From the human T2T-CHM13v2.0 reference genome, Homo sapiens: a stretch of DNA of 64,000 nt. This document shows, one piece after another, positions 1 to 14,989 of the stretch. Position numbers and translations under genes: made by a program. Location of the stretch: NCBI RefSeq assembly GCF_009914755.1, contig NC_060937.1. One strand, given 5' to 3'. Under the pieces are notes generated by a model. It made no database searches and had not been told where the DNA came from. It worked only from the letters and a program-made list of their open reading frames with translations. Every line of letters starts with the position of its first letter. The stretch's first letter is position 1.

Positions 1-7
1 AGAAAAC

Positions 8-201
8 ATATATATGTATGTATTATAATATATACATATATATACATGTATATAGACACATGTATATACTTGTGTCTATATACATGTATATATACATAGG
101 TACATGTATATACATGTATATATTATAATACATATATGTGTGTGTGTGTGTGTGTGTATAGACAGATAGATAGATAGATAGATAGATAGATGGGGATATA
201 T
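8..201. repeat. Compound microsatellite (TA/TACA)n-(TG)n-(GATA)n
   Basis: Simple repeats read directly in the sequence. Confidence 0.95.
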
Positions 202-209
202 AAAAAAAC

Positions 210-587
210 GAGATTTGGATGTGTGTCCCCACCCACATCTTATGTTCAGTTGTAATCCACAATGTTGGAAGTGGGGCCTGGGGGGTGTGATTGGATCATA
301 AAGGTAGATTTCTCCTGAATGACTTAGCACCATCCCCTTGAAGCTGTCCTCGCAATAATGAGTAAGTTCTCGTGAGATCTTGTTGTTTAAAAGTGTGATA
401 CCTCCCCTGCTGTTTCTCTCTTGCTCTTGCTCCAGCCATGTGAGAAGTCTTGCACCCCCTTTGCCTTCTGCCATGATTGGAAGCATCCTGAAGTCTCCCC
501 AGAAGCAGAAGCCACTATGCTTTCTGTACAGCCTGCAGAACTGGGAGCAAAGTAAACCTCATCTTTTAAAATAAACTACCTAATACA
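210..587 (+). mobile_element. MaLR solo LTR, MSTA/MSTB type
   Basis: GATTTGGATGTGTGTCCCCACCCA...TTCTGTACAGCCTGCAGAACTGGGAGC...TAATACA matches the recalled MST LTR consensus, with a short deletion near the 3' end. Confidence 0.85.
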
Positions 588-929
588 ATACATATATTTT
601 CCACTCTCCCCACACTCTGCTTAAGAAAGAAATTTAAATAGATTTGAAGGATTTAATATGTAACTATTGCTATAGGAGTCACAAATCTTGAAATTTCTCC
701 TCTAATGAAAGGTAATCTTAGTGAGTGTATCCTCCAAATTAAATTTTTCTTCCGATAGACACGTGAAAAACCAAATAGCAAGTAACCAACAGAATGTATA
801 TGAACTTAAACTATTTTATTCATTTCATGTTAAGATTCAATTTTTTAATTCAGTTGTCATTTTTTTGTACTTTGCAATTTGTGTCACATGATCAATTCCC
901 CAAATGACACCGGTAAACATGAACGTCAG

Positions 930-3900
930 AGGAGGAAGAGGAGGAAGATGGGTGAATAGAACTCTTCACCAATCATCCTACACGTAGGAACACCAAATTT
1001 AACAGCTATCCACACAAAAAAAGCACCTTCATGAGAACCAAAAATCAGATGAGCACTCACAGTACCTGGTTTTAACTTCATATCACTGAAAGAGGCACTG
1101 AAGAGTGTAGGAGAGACAGTCTAGAAATGCCTACAGCACTCCTCCCCCATGCCCTGGCAGTAGCCACGTCGCACAGGGAGGGAATCTGTGTGCTTGGGGG
1201 AGGGAGAGCATAGTGATTGTGGGACTTTGCATTAGAACTCACTGCTTCCCTGTCACAGTGGAAAGCAACATGGGACAGAACTCAGATGATACCCATGGAG
1301 AAAGCATTTAGATGAGCCCTCACCAGTGGGGAATTGCCCAACCCAGTGGTTAGAACCTGAGCTCCAGTAAGCCTCGTCAGTGTGGGCTAAAGTGCTCTGG
1401 TGTTCTGAGTAAATCTGAAAGGCAGTCTAGGCCACAGGGACTGCAATTCCTTGGCAAGTCCTCGTGCTGCACTGGGTTTGAAGCCAGTGGACTTAGGGCA
1501 CACACAACCTAGTGAGATACCAGCTGGAGTGACCAAGAGAATGCTTGTGCCACCACTCCCCCAACCCCAGGCAGCGCATCTCACACCCCTGAGAGAGACT
1601 GCTTCTTTCTGTTTGATGAGCGGAGAAGGGAGAGTAAAGAGAACTTTGTCTTGCAACTTGGATATCAGTTCAGCCATAGTAGGATAGGGCATGAGGCAGA
1701 GTCCTGAAGGAGGCCCCCAATCCAGGCCCTAGATCCCGGATGACATTATTAGATACGCCCTGGGCCAGAAGGGAAACTGGTGCCTTAAAGGGAGGGATCT
1801 AGTCTTGGCAGGATTTATCACCTGCTGACTAAAGAGCCCTTGGGCCCTGAATAACCAGCAGCAGTACCAAGGCAGTACTTGTCATGAGCCTTGGGTGAGA
1901 CTAAGAGATGTGACGGCTTCAGGTATGACCGAGAAGATTCCTGGCTGTGGTGGCTATGGGAAAACACTCCCTTTGCCTGAGAAAAAAAATAAAGGGGACT
2001 TTGTTTTACAGCTTAAGTACCAGCTTGGCCACAGTGGGGTAGGGCACCAAGCAGGCGCTTGGGATCCCTGATTCCAGGCCATGGCTCTTGAATGGCATTT
2101 CTGAACCTGTCCTGGGCCAGAGGGGAGCCCACTGCCCTGAAGGGTGAGACCAGGACCTGGGAGCATGCACCATGAGTTCACTGAAGGGTCTGACTGAAGG
2201 GTCCATGGGCCTTGATTGAACATCAGAGGTAGCCAGGCAGTTCTTGCCATTGGCCTGGGAAGCTAGTGGCATGAGGAGGAGACGCCTCTGCTTGTGGAAA
2301 AGACAGGGACTATTGGGAAGGACTTTGGCTTGTGGCTTGGTTGCCAGCTGAGCTGCAGTAGAATACAGCACCAGGTGAATTCTTGAGGTTTCTGACTCCA
2401 GGCCCTGACTCCTGGAGGGTATCTCTGGATGAATGCAGGATCAAGGGAATTCAACACCCTAAAAGGAAGAACACAAGCTTTTCTGGCTTTGCCACCTGCC
2501 AATTATAGAGCCCTAGGGCCTGGAGCAAATGTAGGCAGTAACCAGGCAGTGACTACTTGGTGAGATCCTGTGCTGTGCTGGCTTCAAGTCTTACCCAGTG
2601 TAGAACCAGTGATGATGGCCACAGGGGTACTTTTGTCACCCAGCTCCCGGTTCCAGGCAGCTCAGCATAGAAAGAGAAACTCCATGTGTTGGGAGAAAGT
2701 AAGGGAAGAGGAAAAGATTCTCTGCCAGGTCATCCAGAGAATTCTTCTGGAACTTATCCAAGACCACTGATGTATTACCTCTGCGAGTCAGCAAAAGCCA
2801 CAGTGTTACTGGACAGATATGGCTATGGATTCAGTGACCAAAAACTTAGGTCACAGCACCCAAGTTCTCTCAAATACCTGGAAGGACTTCCCAAGAAGGA
2901 CAGGTACAAACAAGTCCACTCTGTGAACACTATAATAAATACCTAACTCTCCAATGCTCAGACACTGATGAACATCCACAATCATCAGGATCATCCAGGA
3001 AAAAATCAACCTCACCAGATGAACTAAATAAGGTATCAGGGACCAATCCTGGAGAGACAGAAATATGGAACCTTTCAGACAGATAATTCAAAATAGCTGT
3101 TTTGAGGAAACCCAGTGAAATTAAAGAAAACACAGAGAAAACATTTAGAATCCTATCAGGTAAATTTAATGAAGAGATTGACATAATTTAAAAGAATCAA
3201 ATAGAAATTCTGGAGCTGAAAAATGCAATTGACATACTGAAGAATGCATTAGAGTTTCTTAATACCAGACTCGATCAAGCAGAATAAGGAATTAGAGAGC
3301 TTGAAGACAGGCCATTTGAAAATACATAGAGGAGACAAAAGAAAAAAGAATAAAGCATACCTACAAGTAGTAAAAAATAGCTTCAAAGGGTAAATCTAAG
3401 AGTTATTGGCCTTAAAGAGGAAATAGAGAGATTGGGGTAGAAAGTTTATTCAAAGGGATAATAACAGAAAACTTCTCAAACCTAGAGAAAGTTATCCATA
3501 TTCAAGTACAAGAAGGTTACAGAACACCAAGCAGGTTTAACCCAAATAAGACTACCTCAAGGCATTTAATAAACTCCCAAAGTTCAAGGATAAAGAAATG
3601 ATCCTAAAGACAGCAAGAGAAAATAAATAAATAACATATCATGAAGTTCCAGTGTTCCTGGAAGCAGACTTTTCAGTGGAAACCTTACAGGACAGGAGAG
3701 AGTGGCATGTCATATTTAAAGTGCTGAAGGAAAAAACTATTATCTTAGAATGGTATGTCCAGCAAAAATATCCTTCAAACATACAGGAGAAATAAAGACT
3801 TTCCCAGACAAACAAAATCTTGAGATTTCATTAATACCAGACCAGTCCTATAAGAAATGCTTACAGGGAGTTTTTTAATCTGAAAGAAAAGGATATTAAT

Positions 3901-4245
3901 GAGTAGTAAGAAACCAGCTGAAGATACAAAACTCACTGGTAATAGTAAGTACACAGAAAAACTCAGAATATTATAATGCTGTAACTGTAGTGTGTTAGCT
4001 ACTCTTATCTTGAGTAGAAAGACTAAAAGATGAACCGATCAAAAATAATAACTACAATTACTTTTCAAGACATAGACAGTGCAATAAGACATAAATCGAA
4101 ATAAGAAAAAGTTTAAAAGTGGGGGCATGAAGTTAAAGTGTAGAGTTTTTATTTATTTTCTTTTTAGTTGTGTGTTTGTTTAGGCAATCAGTGTTACACT
4201 GTCATAATTTTAAAATAATGGGTTATAAGACACTATTTACAAACA
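930..4245 (+). mobile_element. Old LINE-1 (L1PB/L1MA-age): 5'UTR, decayed ORF1 and inter-ORF region; ORF2 absent
   Basis: Starts GGAAGATGG-like. The 5'UTR has three ~330-350 bp monomers beginning (G/A)ACTTTG at ~1642, 1998 and 2321. ORF1-like DNA lies at ~2990-3900 (GAAATTCTGGAGCTGAAAAATGCAAT; GCAGACTTTTCAGTGGAAACCTTACAGG). Confidence 0.85.
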
Positions 4246-5594
4246 TGATCTTTAACTTGACATACTGATCCTGCATTTTTAAAGTAAACTATAAAACTGG
4301 AACCTATGATAATGAATTTTTATAATGAGTAGGACTTGGTTTTAATAACAAGAATAAGACTTCTTACAAGTGATGTAATGGAAAAGTTACAGGAGTTGAC
4401 GATGTTTTTGCAAAGAAATTGACTAAGTGGGAAAGGGGAATTCAATGAGAGGCGGTGGTAAAAAGTTACTAGAAAAAAACCATTTCCTCTTTTTATCCCA
4501 ATGAGTTGGAATTTTTAAGTAAACTGTTTATAATTATATAAAATAAGACTAGTTTCTCACCAGTTTGCTTAATATCATAGCCAGTAGGAATTTTGGGTCA
4601 GCTTATGTTCAGCAAATGGCGAAGAGGGAAGGTCCCCAAACCTCTAGAAATAAATACAGGAAATAAAATATCTATTGATTTGTGTCACATTACTAATGAA
4701 TACACTGTGTGTTTCATTAGGAGTGAGTATGGCAAATTTGGTATACAGTTCTTTTCCTGTATCATTAAAGGTGAGTAAGAGTTCTTTGCTATATAGCTAA
4801 AACCTAAGCATATTTCTCTTTCACGTTGAATCTTAGAATAGCAATCTCTTTGGAGACTGGTTGTCTGAAATTCTCTCTTGCATGACCATTCAGGCTTAAC
4901 CATAATCCAGCTAAAGCTGAGTCATTGATTGACACTAGGCACTGGGGCAGACAGATGAATTTCTTGGGTTTAAAGTTTAATGGAACAGATCTTTTGATCT
5001 CTGATTCTGTAAGGAATCTGAAGTTCATATTTTCTCTCAGATTTCTTTGGTACTAGTACATTGTCACATATAGATCTCATTTTCATGAGGAGAATGTAAT
5101 GTAGTGAGGTCAACATTGCTCAATGAATTCAGGGATTTAAATTTGTGCTTCATGGAAGGTTAACGTGATCGCTATCCTTTCAGAAGTGCTTAATCTAGCC
5201 AATGCAAACGTGATATGGGTTCTTTGAAGATACAAAGTTGGGCATGATATTTTATATAAATATAAGTGAGACAATAATCTTATAATTCATCATGTACTCT
5301 CCTATTTCTAAAATGAGCACAAAATCATTTTTAATGTGAACATCAGAGCCTGAAACTATTTTTTGTTTCTTATAGTCCAGGATTTTTCCTTTTATCTCCT
5401 ACTACAAGCCCCTACAATATCTGAATCAGTGGAGGGAGAGAAAATACAGCAAGTCATATTCCCCACAGTACAGCTCACATGATAGTGCCAGCCAACTCTC
5501 AAAGATGCGACCTCAAGACTGGTATAATCTAGCTGGAATTTCTCTGATTCCGCATGCTTATTGAAGTCTCATCCTGACCAGCCTAGAATTATTG

Positions 5595-5605
5595 ACACAC
5601 ATGCA

Positions 5606-5646
<41 letters not shown>
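5595..5646. repeat. (CA)n microsatellite
   Basis: Direct reading. Confidence 0.95.
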
Positions 5647-5647
<1 letters not shown>

Positions 5648-7534
5648 TTTTTTGTTTTTTCCTGAGGCAAGTCAGATTGTTGTGCTCTTTGCAATAACAC
5701 AGCATCCACTCCAGTTCAAAACTACTTAATCAAAGTGGAAGACTTGATGGTGTAGAAATATGAACAGCCAGTATTTCACTGTATTTTATTCTGTGTAGAA
5801 TATTGTTATAAAGCTCTATTCTTCCAAGTCTCTGCCAGCAAATCAAGAAATAAGATATATTTGGTCACTTTTGAAACTTCAATCACATTTGAAAACAATT
5901 TTTGATATAAAACTTAATAAAATTGGCATGAGAAAACATAGTATAAAATTTCAAAACACCCATTTCTCTCTGGGCATCATCTATGAACTTCCTCTTCTTA
6001 AAACTTGTTGTATTCTTTGAGCAAAAGTGATCAAGTATTTGTTCTAACAGAGCTTTTGGGAGAGTGCAAACTGCTGATAAGGCCAATAAAGCTGAGCTTT
6101 TAACCTTTTTGCATTTCAATTGCATAATCAAAAGCTGATGGTGGCACATCACACACTCAGAGATCGCCATGGGCATTGCACAGAAAATGAAAATTAGTTC
6201 TAAAAGCCTTTTCATTCTTTGTGGCGTTGGATGCTCCTTTCCTGGCTGTATATGAAAGAGGATCAAACACAAAATGGAAAAAATATTATGACCGCGGGTG
6301 AAAGCAAAACCCAGAGAAAACTGGGAGCATTGGGGGTTGAAATAGAAGAGGAAGCCGCTGTAATTAGCTCCAATGTTGCATGAGAATAAAATACAATGCC
6401 ACTTTAAAAAATATAAACAGGCCGAATGCCAACTGAGATAGTGACTACTGCTGTAACAAACCTTGGTAAATAGTGAGCAATACTAAAGTAAATAGCACTT
6501 GTGGATAAAAGTTTGACATCAATTCCGTTGGCTACATTTTTCATAAATTATCATCTATAATAAAAGTCATTCTGCTATATTACTTTTTAGGTAAGATAAC
6601 ATTTAATACCAAAGATGATTTTAAATAAAGGCAGAATATCATCACACATCCTCCCTAAACAGACACATAAGGCAATTTTAATTACTGTGTGTTTGGGGAA
6701 GAGTGAAATTTCCTACATTTCCAGACATTTTCATTTTAAGAAAAACAGTGAAAGGGTCATAGGGATAGTGAAAGGGAAGCCTTCTCCCCAGTGCTTAGCA
6801 TTGATTTCTGCCCTGCTTACAGCCTGATTTCCTTATTCGATTAAACAATATGACTCTGCAAAAGTGTTAAATTAAATCAAAACTTGCCTATGCATTTTTA
6901 TATGTACACACTTCAGGTTGTAACTCTTCCAACATGAAACCATGCATTATTATAGATGATTTCACATTTTATTTGCTCATTTCACTGAGTTTAGGTGAAA
7001 AGATGCTCAAATCATGTCAGTAGTAGGCACATGCACACATATACTGTGTTAATAAGGCCCTTAACACATTTAAGGCAACCAATTCCTTAAAATATCATAA
7101 CTTGGTCTTCTTCCAGACCTGTTTAAGACAGACACTTGGAGAACGATATCTTGGAACTACCACTTTATTATCTCAGTTTTATTTCTTTTTTACCCATGGA
7201 GTCTGCAAAGCTGTTAAGTTTTTGCAGAAAGCACTATTCCTATCATGTAAAAACAACATGAATAGTGTCTCATACTTTCTAAGGATTGTGTTCTATAGTG
7301 AGAGCAAGACTAGGGAGTGACTTTTTCAATTCTCCAATGACATTTTGCCATCTTCTTAAATCATAAAATTAATCTGTAGTTATGAATGTGTCTGACTCAA
7401 AGGTAGAACACTGGTACATGAGTGAAGAGAAGGCCTCTTTTTTGAAGTTGGGAAACTATGAATCTCCAGCTATTCCCACCCTTCATTTTTCTTCTTTAAC
7501 TTATCAGCAACTGATACATATATTAGTTAATTAA

Positions 7535-7657
7535 CAGTTTCCTCCCACTAGAATGTAAGGATCATGAGAGAAGGAACTTGTTTTTCCCACTACTATATTC
7601 CCAACACCTAGAACTCATTAGAGGTGTTCCAAAAATATGTTGTGAATAAGTGAATGG
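7535..7657 (+). mobile_element. L2 3' end fragment
   Basis: CTAGAATGTAAG...CCCAACACCTAGAAC...TGAATAAGTGAATG resembles the L2 terminus. Confidence 0.65.
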
Positions 7658-10004
7658 AGAAGAATCAAAAACTGATAACCTGACATGCCTTCCTTATATT
7701 GGTACTCCCACGAATTTTTCACTTTTTGAAACCCGCACTTTAAAAATCCACTAGGTACCTTACAAATGTTATTAGAATGGCTGCTTACCAGTCTTTATTC
7801 TTTTCCATCTCTCTGTTTTACCTTATGTAACAATGGACTTTCTTTTTAAAATTTTATTCCACTTAGTCATATTCTATCACCCTTTGTCCCCTTTCAACTA
7901 TCTGAAAACTCATTCCCGCATCCTTTACCGGATTCATGATAGGACTAATTGTGGATGTACCCTGAGCAGGGATTTGGCTATATCACCCTTCTCATCCTGG
8001 ATAATCTCCATATGAATCCTGTTCATCTTCTTGGCTTCCACGTTCACAGTTGTATTAATGTTTCAATTCTTAGCTTAATCTTAAACTTTAAACAGTGTTT
8101 AAAGTCTTAGCTCTAATGACTCAGCTCTAAAATTCTTTTTCCTATAAGAACCAACATGCTGGGAATTTCTCCTTGTATAACTCATTCCATTTTTTCTCCC
8201 TAGAACTACATATTTTTATTCGTGGACCTATTTTCTTCTTATTGTTCCTAAGGCCTACAGATTCTAATCACTTACTAAATTCTATTCATTTTTTGTACAA
8301 AGAGATCTAACTAATTTCTTGCCCCCATTTCTCTTGCCTTGAGATGTGATGCCTGGGCACTTATAACAGCATCTTTCTAGACTTTTTGCTTTGTTGCTGT
8401 TCTCTGTATTCTTTCTAGAACTATTAAAGCACTGTTTCAATCATAAAACTCCTTTACTGATTATAACAAAAGACAATTTTTATGATAATTAGAATCTACA
8501 TTCTTGGCACAGGTTTCAGTGCCCATTACAAAGAGGGTCCCAACCCCCCTTAACAGTTTTTCCCATAACTGTCTTTCATGAAATGTCATCTGTAGACTAC
8601 CCAGTCTACTTAACTGTGTTTTTCTATCTACGTATTTACTAATAATAGTACACCTCTATGAAAAAGTATTCCACAAATTTACATCTATTCAAATCTTACC
8701 TATTTTTCAGGAGCAAGCTCAAATATAATTGCCTTTATGACCTCTGGTAAAAGCCCCCTGACTAACTGTGCTGGAAATGCTATGGTTTCTAGATACTCTA
8801 GCATGATTTTATCACTCATTCATGGCCTATATTTTACTACTTGGAATGCGCACCATCTTTTCTTGAATGTTTCCCTCCTGTCTCCTACCAGATTAAAATT
8901 TCTTAAGAGTAGATCCTGTTACTTCTCATCTATTTAGTTCCTTCAGTGCTTTGCACATAATATGTACGTATTCAATTAACATGGGTTATTATAAGTAAGT
9001 TGCAATAAAAGGTCCATCTATTATCATGTTTAATTCAATGGCAGAACATGAATTTCAGCTGTTCCCTTGTTATTTAGGCATAAAAATGAGTTGTATACAC
9101 TTACATAGAAAATCAAGACTAAAACCTGTATGACATTTAATCCAAAGGGAAAATTACACAACACAACTCTAATTCTTTTGACATATGTATCATCAGATGA
9201 TTCCTGTTCCAGTTCTCTGTTCTCTGACAATTTTTAAAAGTCAGATTTTTGAGCGGTTGCTCAAAAAGTTATATTTAGGCCCTTCAATTTTGTAACATTC
9301 CCAATGGAAGTGTACTATTATTAACTTCTAGGATTTCTAAAATCCTCCACGTACTTAATTTTTTTCTAAATTCATTGCTCTTTGAATTTCCTGATATAAT
9401 TTCATGGCATTTACAGCACATGAAAAGTGTATCATCATCCCCTATAAATCATCTATGCTGGAGCACATGTTCCCAGTACATGTAGAAGCATCTAGGAGCA
9501 AGGGAGATGGTCTTTAAGGTGATGACTTCAAGGCCTCTCTCAACCCCAAGCAGAAACTTCAATTATGACTCAAGCTGCAAGATTGGATTTCATTTACATG
9601 TTCTGCTGTCAGGGCTGAATTTCCAATATATTTAGCTCAGTGGAATTTTTCTCCATTAGCATGAGATATCTAAAAGATCTAGTTTTCCTTCTATAAATAG
9701 GAAGGTGCTTGCTATACACCATCTCTCATGAAAATACTACCTACAAAGATGGAAGGGTCATAGAATTTTATCTAGTGCAACCTTGTGCAAATAAGTGCCT
9801 GCCACAAGACACTAAATTACTGATTTGAGGCAGAGGAGTTAACAAACTTCAGGAGGCTGTAGTGCATAAAATATCCTGAAATCTACAAAAAATTCTTACT
9901 ATATTATTATGCAAATAAATTTTTCAAATATAATGCCTGAAATTTTACTAATATTCTGACTTGCATGTGTAAATGGGACATTTGGAAAAAATAGTTTTCT
10001 TTTT

Positions 10005-10305
10005 TAACTTATTTTTTATTAAATTTATTTTATAATTGAGAAAAATTTTGTATATTTATTGTGCACAACATGTTTTGACATATGCATACATTGTGGAATG
10101 GCTAAAAAAGCTAATTAACATATGCAATGACTCACGTACTTATTTATTTGTGGTGAGGATGTGTAAATTCTACTGTCTTTACAATTTTAAAGTATATAAT
10201 ACACTGTTATTAACTATGGTCACTGTATTGTACAATAGATCTCTTGAACTTATTTCTCCTTTCTAACTGAGATTTTATATCCTTGGACTGATATTTCCCC
10301 AAGCC
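10005..10305 (-). mobile_element. L1MA 3' end fragment
   Basis: TGTATATTTATTGTGCACAACATG...TACAATAGATCTCTTGAACTTATT is the antisense L1MA 3'UTR, preceded by a T-rich tail. Confidence 0.8.
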
Positions 10306-11089
10306 TCCTCTGTCATTTTTAAGATTCAATAAACAAGTGTTTACTTAGTTGTTACTACTCACCCCTCTATTTACTCTCTCCCTTTTTAACCAACCCCTGT
10401 TTTGCATTACAAGTTCATTGTGTACAGGTATTTGTTGGTGTCTAATTGTCTGAGTCCTCATATTCTTTTACTTTGTTTCAAAATATTTATTTGTGTTTTG
10501 TTCACTAGATGACAAATATCTGAAGATTTGCAACTGCATCTATTTGTCTTTGAATCTCAGCACTTAGGGACATTTAGAACATGGTTGGTGGTAAGTATCA
10601 GTTTTCTAAACTGAACTGAATAGGTGTTGGAGAGAAAAAGAGCAACCCTGTCCCAAAACTTCCTGAAAATCTGTATTCTACAGTTCGCTCCTGACTTATA
10701 AGCAAGTCTTTGATTCAGCAAGTCTGTGATCTGCCTTTAATTCTACCTCTTCTGTCAACTCCAGCTGCTTACTATCTTCCCACAGTTATCTGTGAAGATA
10801 ATAGCTCATGCCTCCAAAGTACACTGCTAATGGAAAAAAGAATGGTTGGGCTTCTCACCTCTTTTCCTTAAAGCCTCTACTTACTTCACTCTATATACAC
10901 TTCTCTAATACCTTAGAATAAAAATAAATCCTTTCATCATTACCAAACTAAGGCTGTCAAGTCCTTTCCCAGACTCTTTTATAATAAGTATTGACCCATA
11001 TCAAAGCATGCATGATATACAGGTACAAAGAAATCTCATGATTTGGAAGAAAAATGAGAACATTTTACATAAAGCCTATGTTTACTAAT

Positions 11090-11365
11090 ATTATTTTAAT
11101 TGACAAATCACAGTTACATTCAATTATGGCACAGAATGTGATGTTTTGATATATCTATACAATGTGGAATGATTAAAGCTAATTAGCATATCCATCACCA
11201 CACTTAACACTTTTTTATGGGGAGATTTTAAAATTTACTCTCTGAGTTATTTTGAAATATACAATACATTATTATTGACTATAGTCACTGTGCTGTGTAA
11301 TAAAGCTCAAAACTTATTCTTCCTTTTTCTCTGCACCTTTGTACCCTTTGACCAACAACTCTCCA
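11090..11365 (-). mobile_element. L1MA 3' end fragment
   Basis: TACAATGTGGAATGATTAAAGCTAATTAGCATATCCATCACC...TTTGTACCCTTTGACCAAC. Confidence 0.8.
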
Positions 11366-11767
11366 ATATGTACTCTACTCTGTGCCACACTTATTGTGTA
11401 TAATGTGGGTAAACCACAGTCTACACACAACATGAGGATAGATAATTATATTTCAACAAGGGGATTTCAAAAACATATATAGACTTTCTACATAAAGATA
11501 ATGCATTTAAGAGGAATATTTTATAATGTTTAAACAGTCAATTCAACAGGAAGAGAGTATGTTATAAATTTGTATAAATTTAATCACACCAGCTAAAAAT
11601 ACATAAAGCAAAAAATTGACAGAAAGAATATTAATGATACATCTAAATACTTATTTAGAAATGTTAATATACTTCTCTCTATCGATAGGACAAATAGAAA
11701 TAAACAGGAAAATATAGATTTGAACAGCACAATTAGAAATAATCAAATGATAACTTGAAAAACCACA

Positions 11768-12122
11768 AATACTATGCAGCCATAAAAAATGATGAGTTCA
11801 TGTCCTTTGTAAGGACGTGGATGAAGCTGGAAACCATCATTCTCAGCAAACTATCGCAAGGACAAAAAACCAAACACCGCGTGTTCTCACTCATGGGTGG
11901 GAACTGAACAATGAGAACACCTGGACACAGGAAGGGGAACATTACACACTGGGGCCTGTTGTGGGGTGGGGGAAGGGGGAGGGAAAGCATTAGGAGATAT
12001 ACCTAATGTAAATGATGAGTTAATGTGTGCAGCACACCAACATGGCACATTATACATATGTAACAAACCTGCACGTTGTGCACATGTACCCTAGAACTTA
12101 AAGTATAATTTAAAAAAAAAAA
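11768..12122 (+). mobile_element. 5'-truncated L1PA4/PA5-like 3' end with poly(A)
   Basis: AATACTATGCAGCCATAAAAAATGATGAG...CCCTAGAACTTAAAGTATAAT followed by an A tail. No TSD is visible. Confidence 0.92.
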
Positions 12123-13100
12123 GCAATGTAGTTATATAGGGAATTTTAAAAATTCTGATATTGGGTCTCTCTCCCTCTCCCCCCCCCACCCCCACACACA
12201 CACACATACAAAGACACAGCAAAAAATAAAAAGCAAACATAATTGTAATTTATACGTTGTTATTATTTAAAATCTGTATTTGAAAAATATTAAGACATAA
12301 AAGACATATTTGGACTTATATATTGCCAAATAATTTATATTGAAACGCATAAAATATCTACAAATAGAGCAAGGAGGATTTTATTTTTATTTGAATATTA
12401 GTATGAATAATATTCTATATCACCGAAATTTTTAAACGGATTTTTATAGTAGTTGTCTTCTGAATAAGTTGTATAAAATCTTTTTAAAATATTCGATATT
12501 TACTTTAGAAAACAATGGGACAATGGGTTTCTAACACTCCTCTATTTTAGCCTACAAATAATGTGCTCATTTCACCAATTCTCTCATCATTTAGTGATAA
12601 AAACTAAATACCATACTGTTTTGGATATTCTCCTTTTTTGCCTCTTTTATTCAATTTTAACTATTTGCATAGACTTTTATGTCTTTGAAATTCTAGCTAA
12701 GTTAAACTAATATTTATACCAATTTAAAATTTGTTCATCACTGTAATATTATGTTACAAAGTTCTTAGAAATTTCTAATTTCTCCTCTAGTATTGTTTTC
12801 AGTTTTACTTAAGATCTATAGACTCACCTAAATTAATAGAAATGGAAACATAATACTTAAAGAAAATGAATTAATACAATTTCAAATTTAATAATTTATG
12901 AAACAGGGAAATTACTATTGTCGTATGAGATAAAATATTATTTGTAGTTAATTTTAAGAGTAGAATTCCTATTTAGATATTAGTTTCCCCTGATTTTCCC
13001 TAAATACCCATAAGTGACACAACATCGGTGTATGTATGATAACGAAAACTCAATTTATCTCCAATATACATTACATAAATTCAGAGCAAACAAGAAATCA

Positions 13101-13473
<373 letters not shown>

Positions 13474-14989
13474 CTATCAAGAAATGTCTTGATCCAGAAG
13501 ACGCCTTAGTGTGTCATTGGCTGAAAGGAGTTGGGTGTATGTGGTACTTTTATACTTCTTGATTACCCAGATATAAATGTACAGAGCCAAAAATTCAATG
13601 AGGATAAAGAAAAGTATCAGTGGAATACTAATCCAGACAGGCATCGTCTTACAACTGGTGTGTTGCAATCTTCCTCCTGCCATAAAACTGGTACTTTTAG
13701 CCTCTTTCTTATTATTAAAATATATAGCTTTCATGCTATATTGGAAGTCTTCCAAAGAAAGTAGGGATTTATTCTAATCTAATCTCTAGTCAAATTTATT
13801 AAACCAAGGATTCTGTAAAATGTTTAAAGTTTTAATCCATCCCAAACTTATTTTTCCCTAAACTGTGGCACTCAATGCCGTATGACTTTTCAGGGTCTCC
13901 TACAGAATATACTCCTGCCTCATTTGTACTGGGTTTAATTTACCTAAATTTCATTTATTCATCGATCACTCTTTCCAGTGATTGAAAGTATTGAATTTAT
14001 TCTATATCCTTCCATTAAAATGGAAGATCAATAAATTTAAAAGGGTCGTCAACTTTGCTCCATTTTATAATCCTAGTAAACAGAACAATACCTAGGATAC
14101 AATAGCTGTTTGGTAAATATTTATTAAGAAAACATATATATATATAAAATAGTTAAAAATAAATTAGTTTTAAAAAATGATGAATTAAATTCTTACATAT
14201 GCTTGTGTGTGTTCCTTGATCTTTCTATTCTCTTCCATAATGTACCAGCTACATACTAAATACGATGTATAAATTTTTAAAATGAGCAAATAACATCTCT
14301 GGGCCTCAGGGAGATTGTAATTTAGTTACTCATTATAATTAATATTCAGATGAATTTTTACACATTTTTAAACATTGCTTAGTTTAGTTCATGGCAATTT
14401 ACCTATGAATAAATAAATAATAAATATGATTTCTACCTTATAGCTAATATGTGCTTGCTTTCTTAGAAAATCTGTAAACACCTTGGATATTTTATCATTA
14501 GCTGATTTTAAAGTAAAATAAGATTCCTGGTTTTGATGCACAGTGACAATACGAATGCCAAGAAAAAGACATAGACTACCTGAGGTGGAAGAATAAAGAT
14601 ACAATGTGTTTCCTTACTAAAGAACAAAGCGCAGGGTCAAGTACTGATCTCAGAATGAAATCCTTACCAGGCATCCAACTAAAGTCTGAGCAAAATTAGA
14701 GAGAAAATCAATATTTCACCACTGAGTATTTTTAGAGTTTAAAATTATAGGACACAGAAGACTCTGACAGAGAGCAAGTGAATGGTGCACAGTGTGTGTG
14801 TCTGAAATGTCTAAAAATGCTTCACTTGACAAAGCTTTGGAAGGGGTTATCCAGAGTAGCCAGCTTTGATCACTGTTTTTAACTTGTCTTTTCTTTAGAT
14901 TTGAACACAGAGACAAAATGTTGTGTCTTTTGAAGGCAACATCTACTAAAATTTATGCACTTGCATTAGACCCAATTTTTAAAAAAATT

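Noticed and set aside
5883-6272. 129-aa ORF in unique sequence
   Set aside because: Non-ATG start and no recognisable family; a non-coding element is the better explanation.
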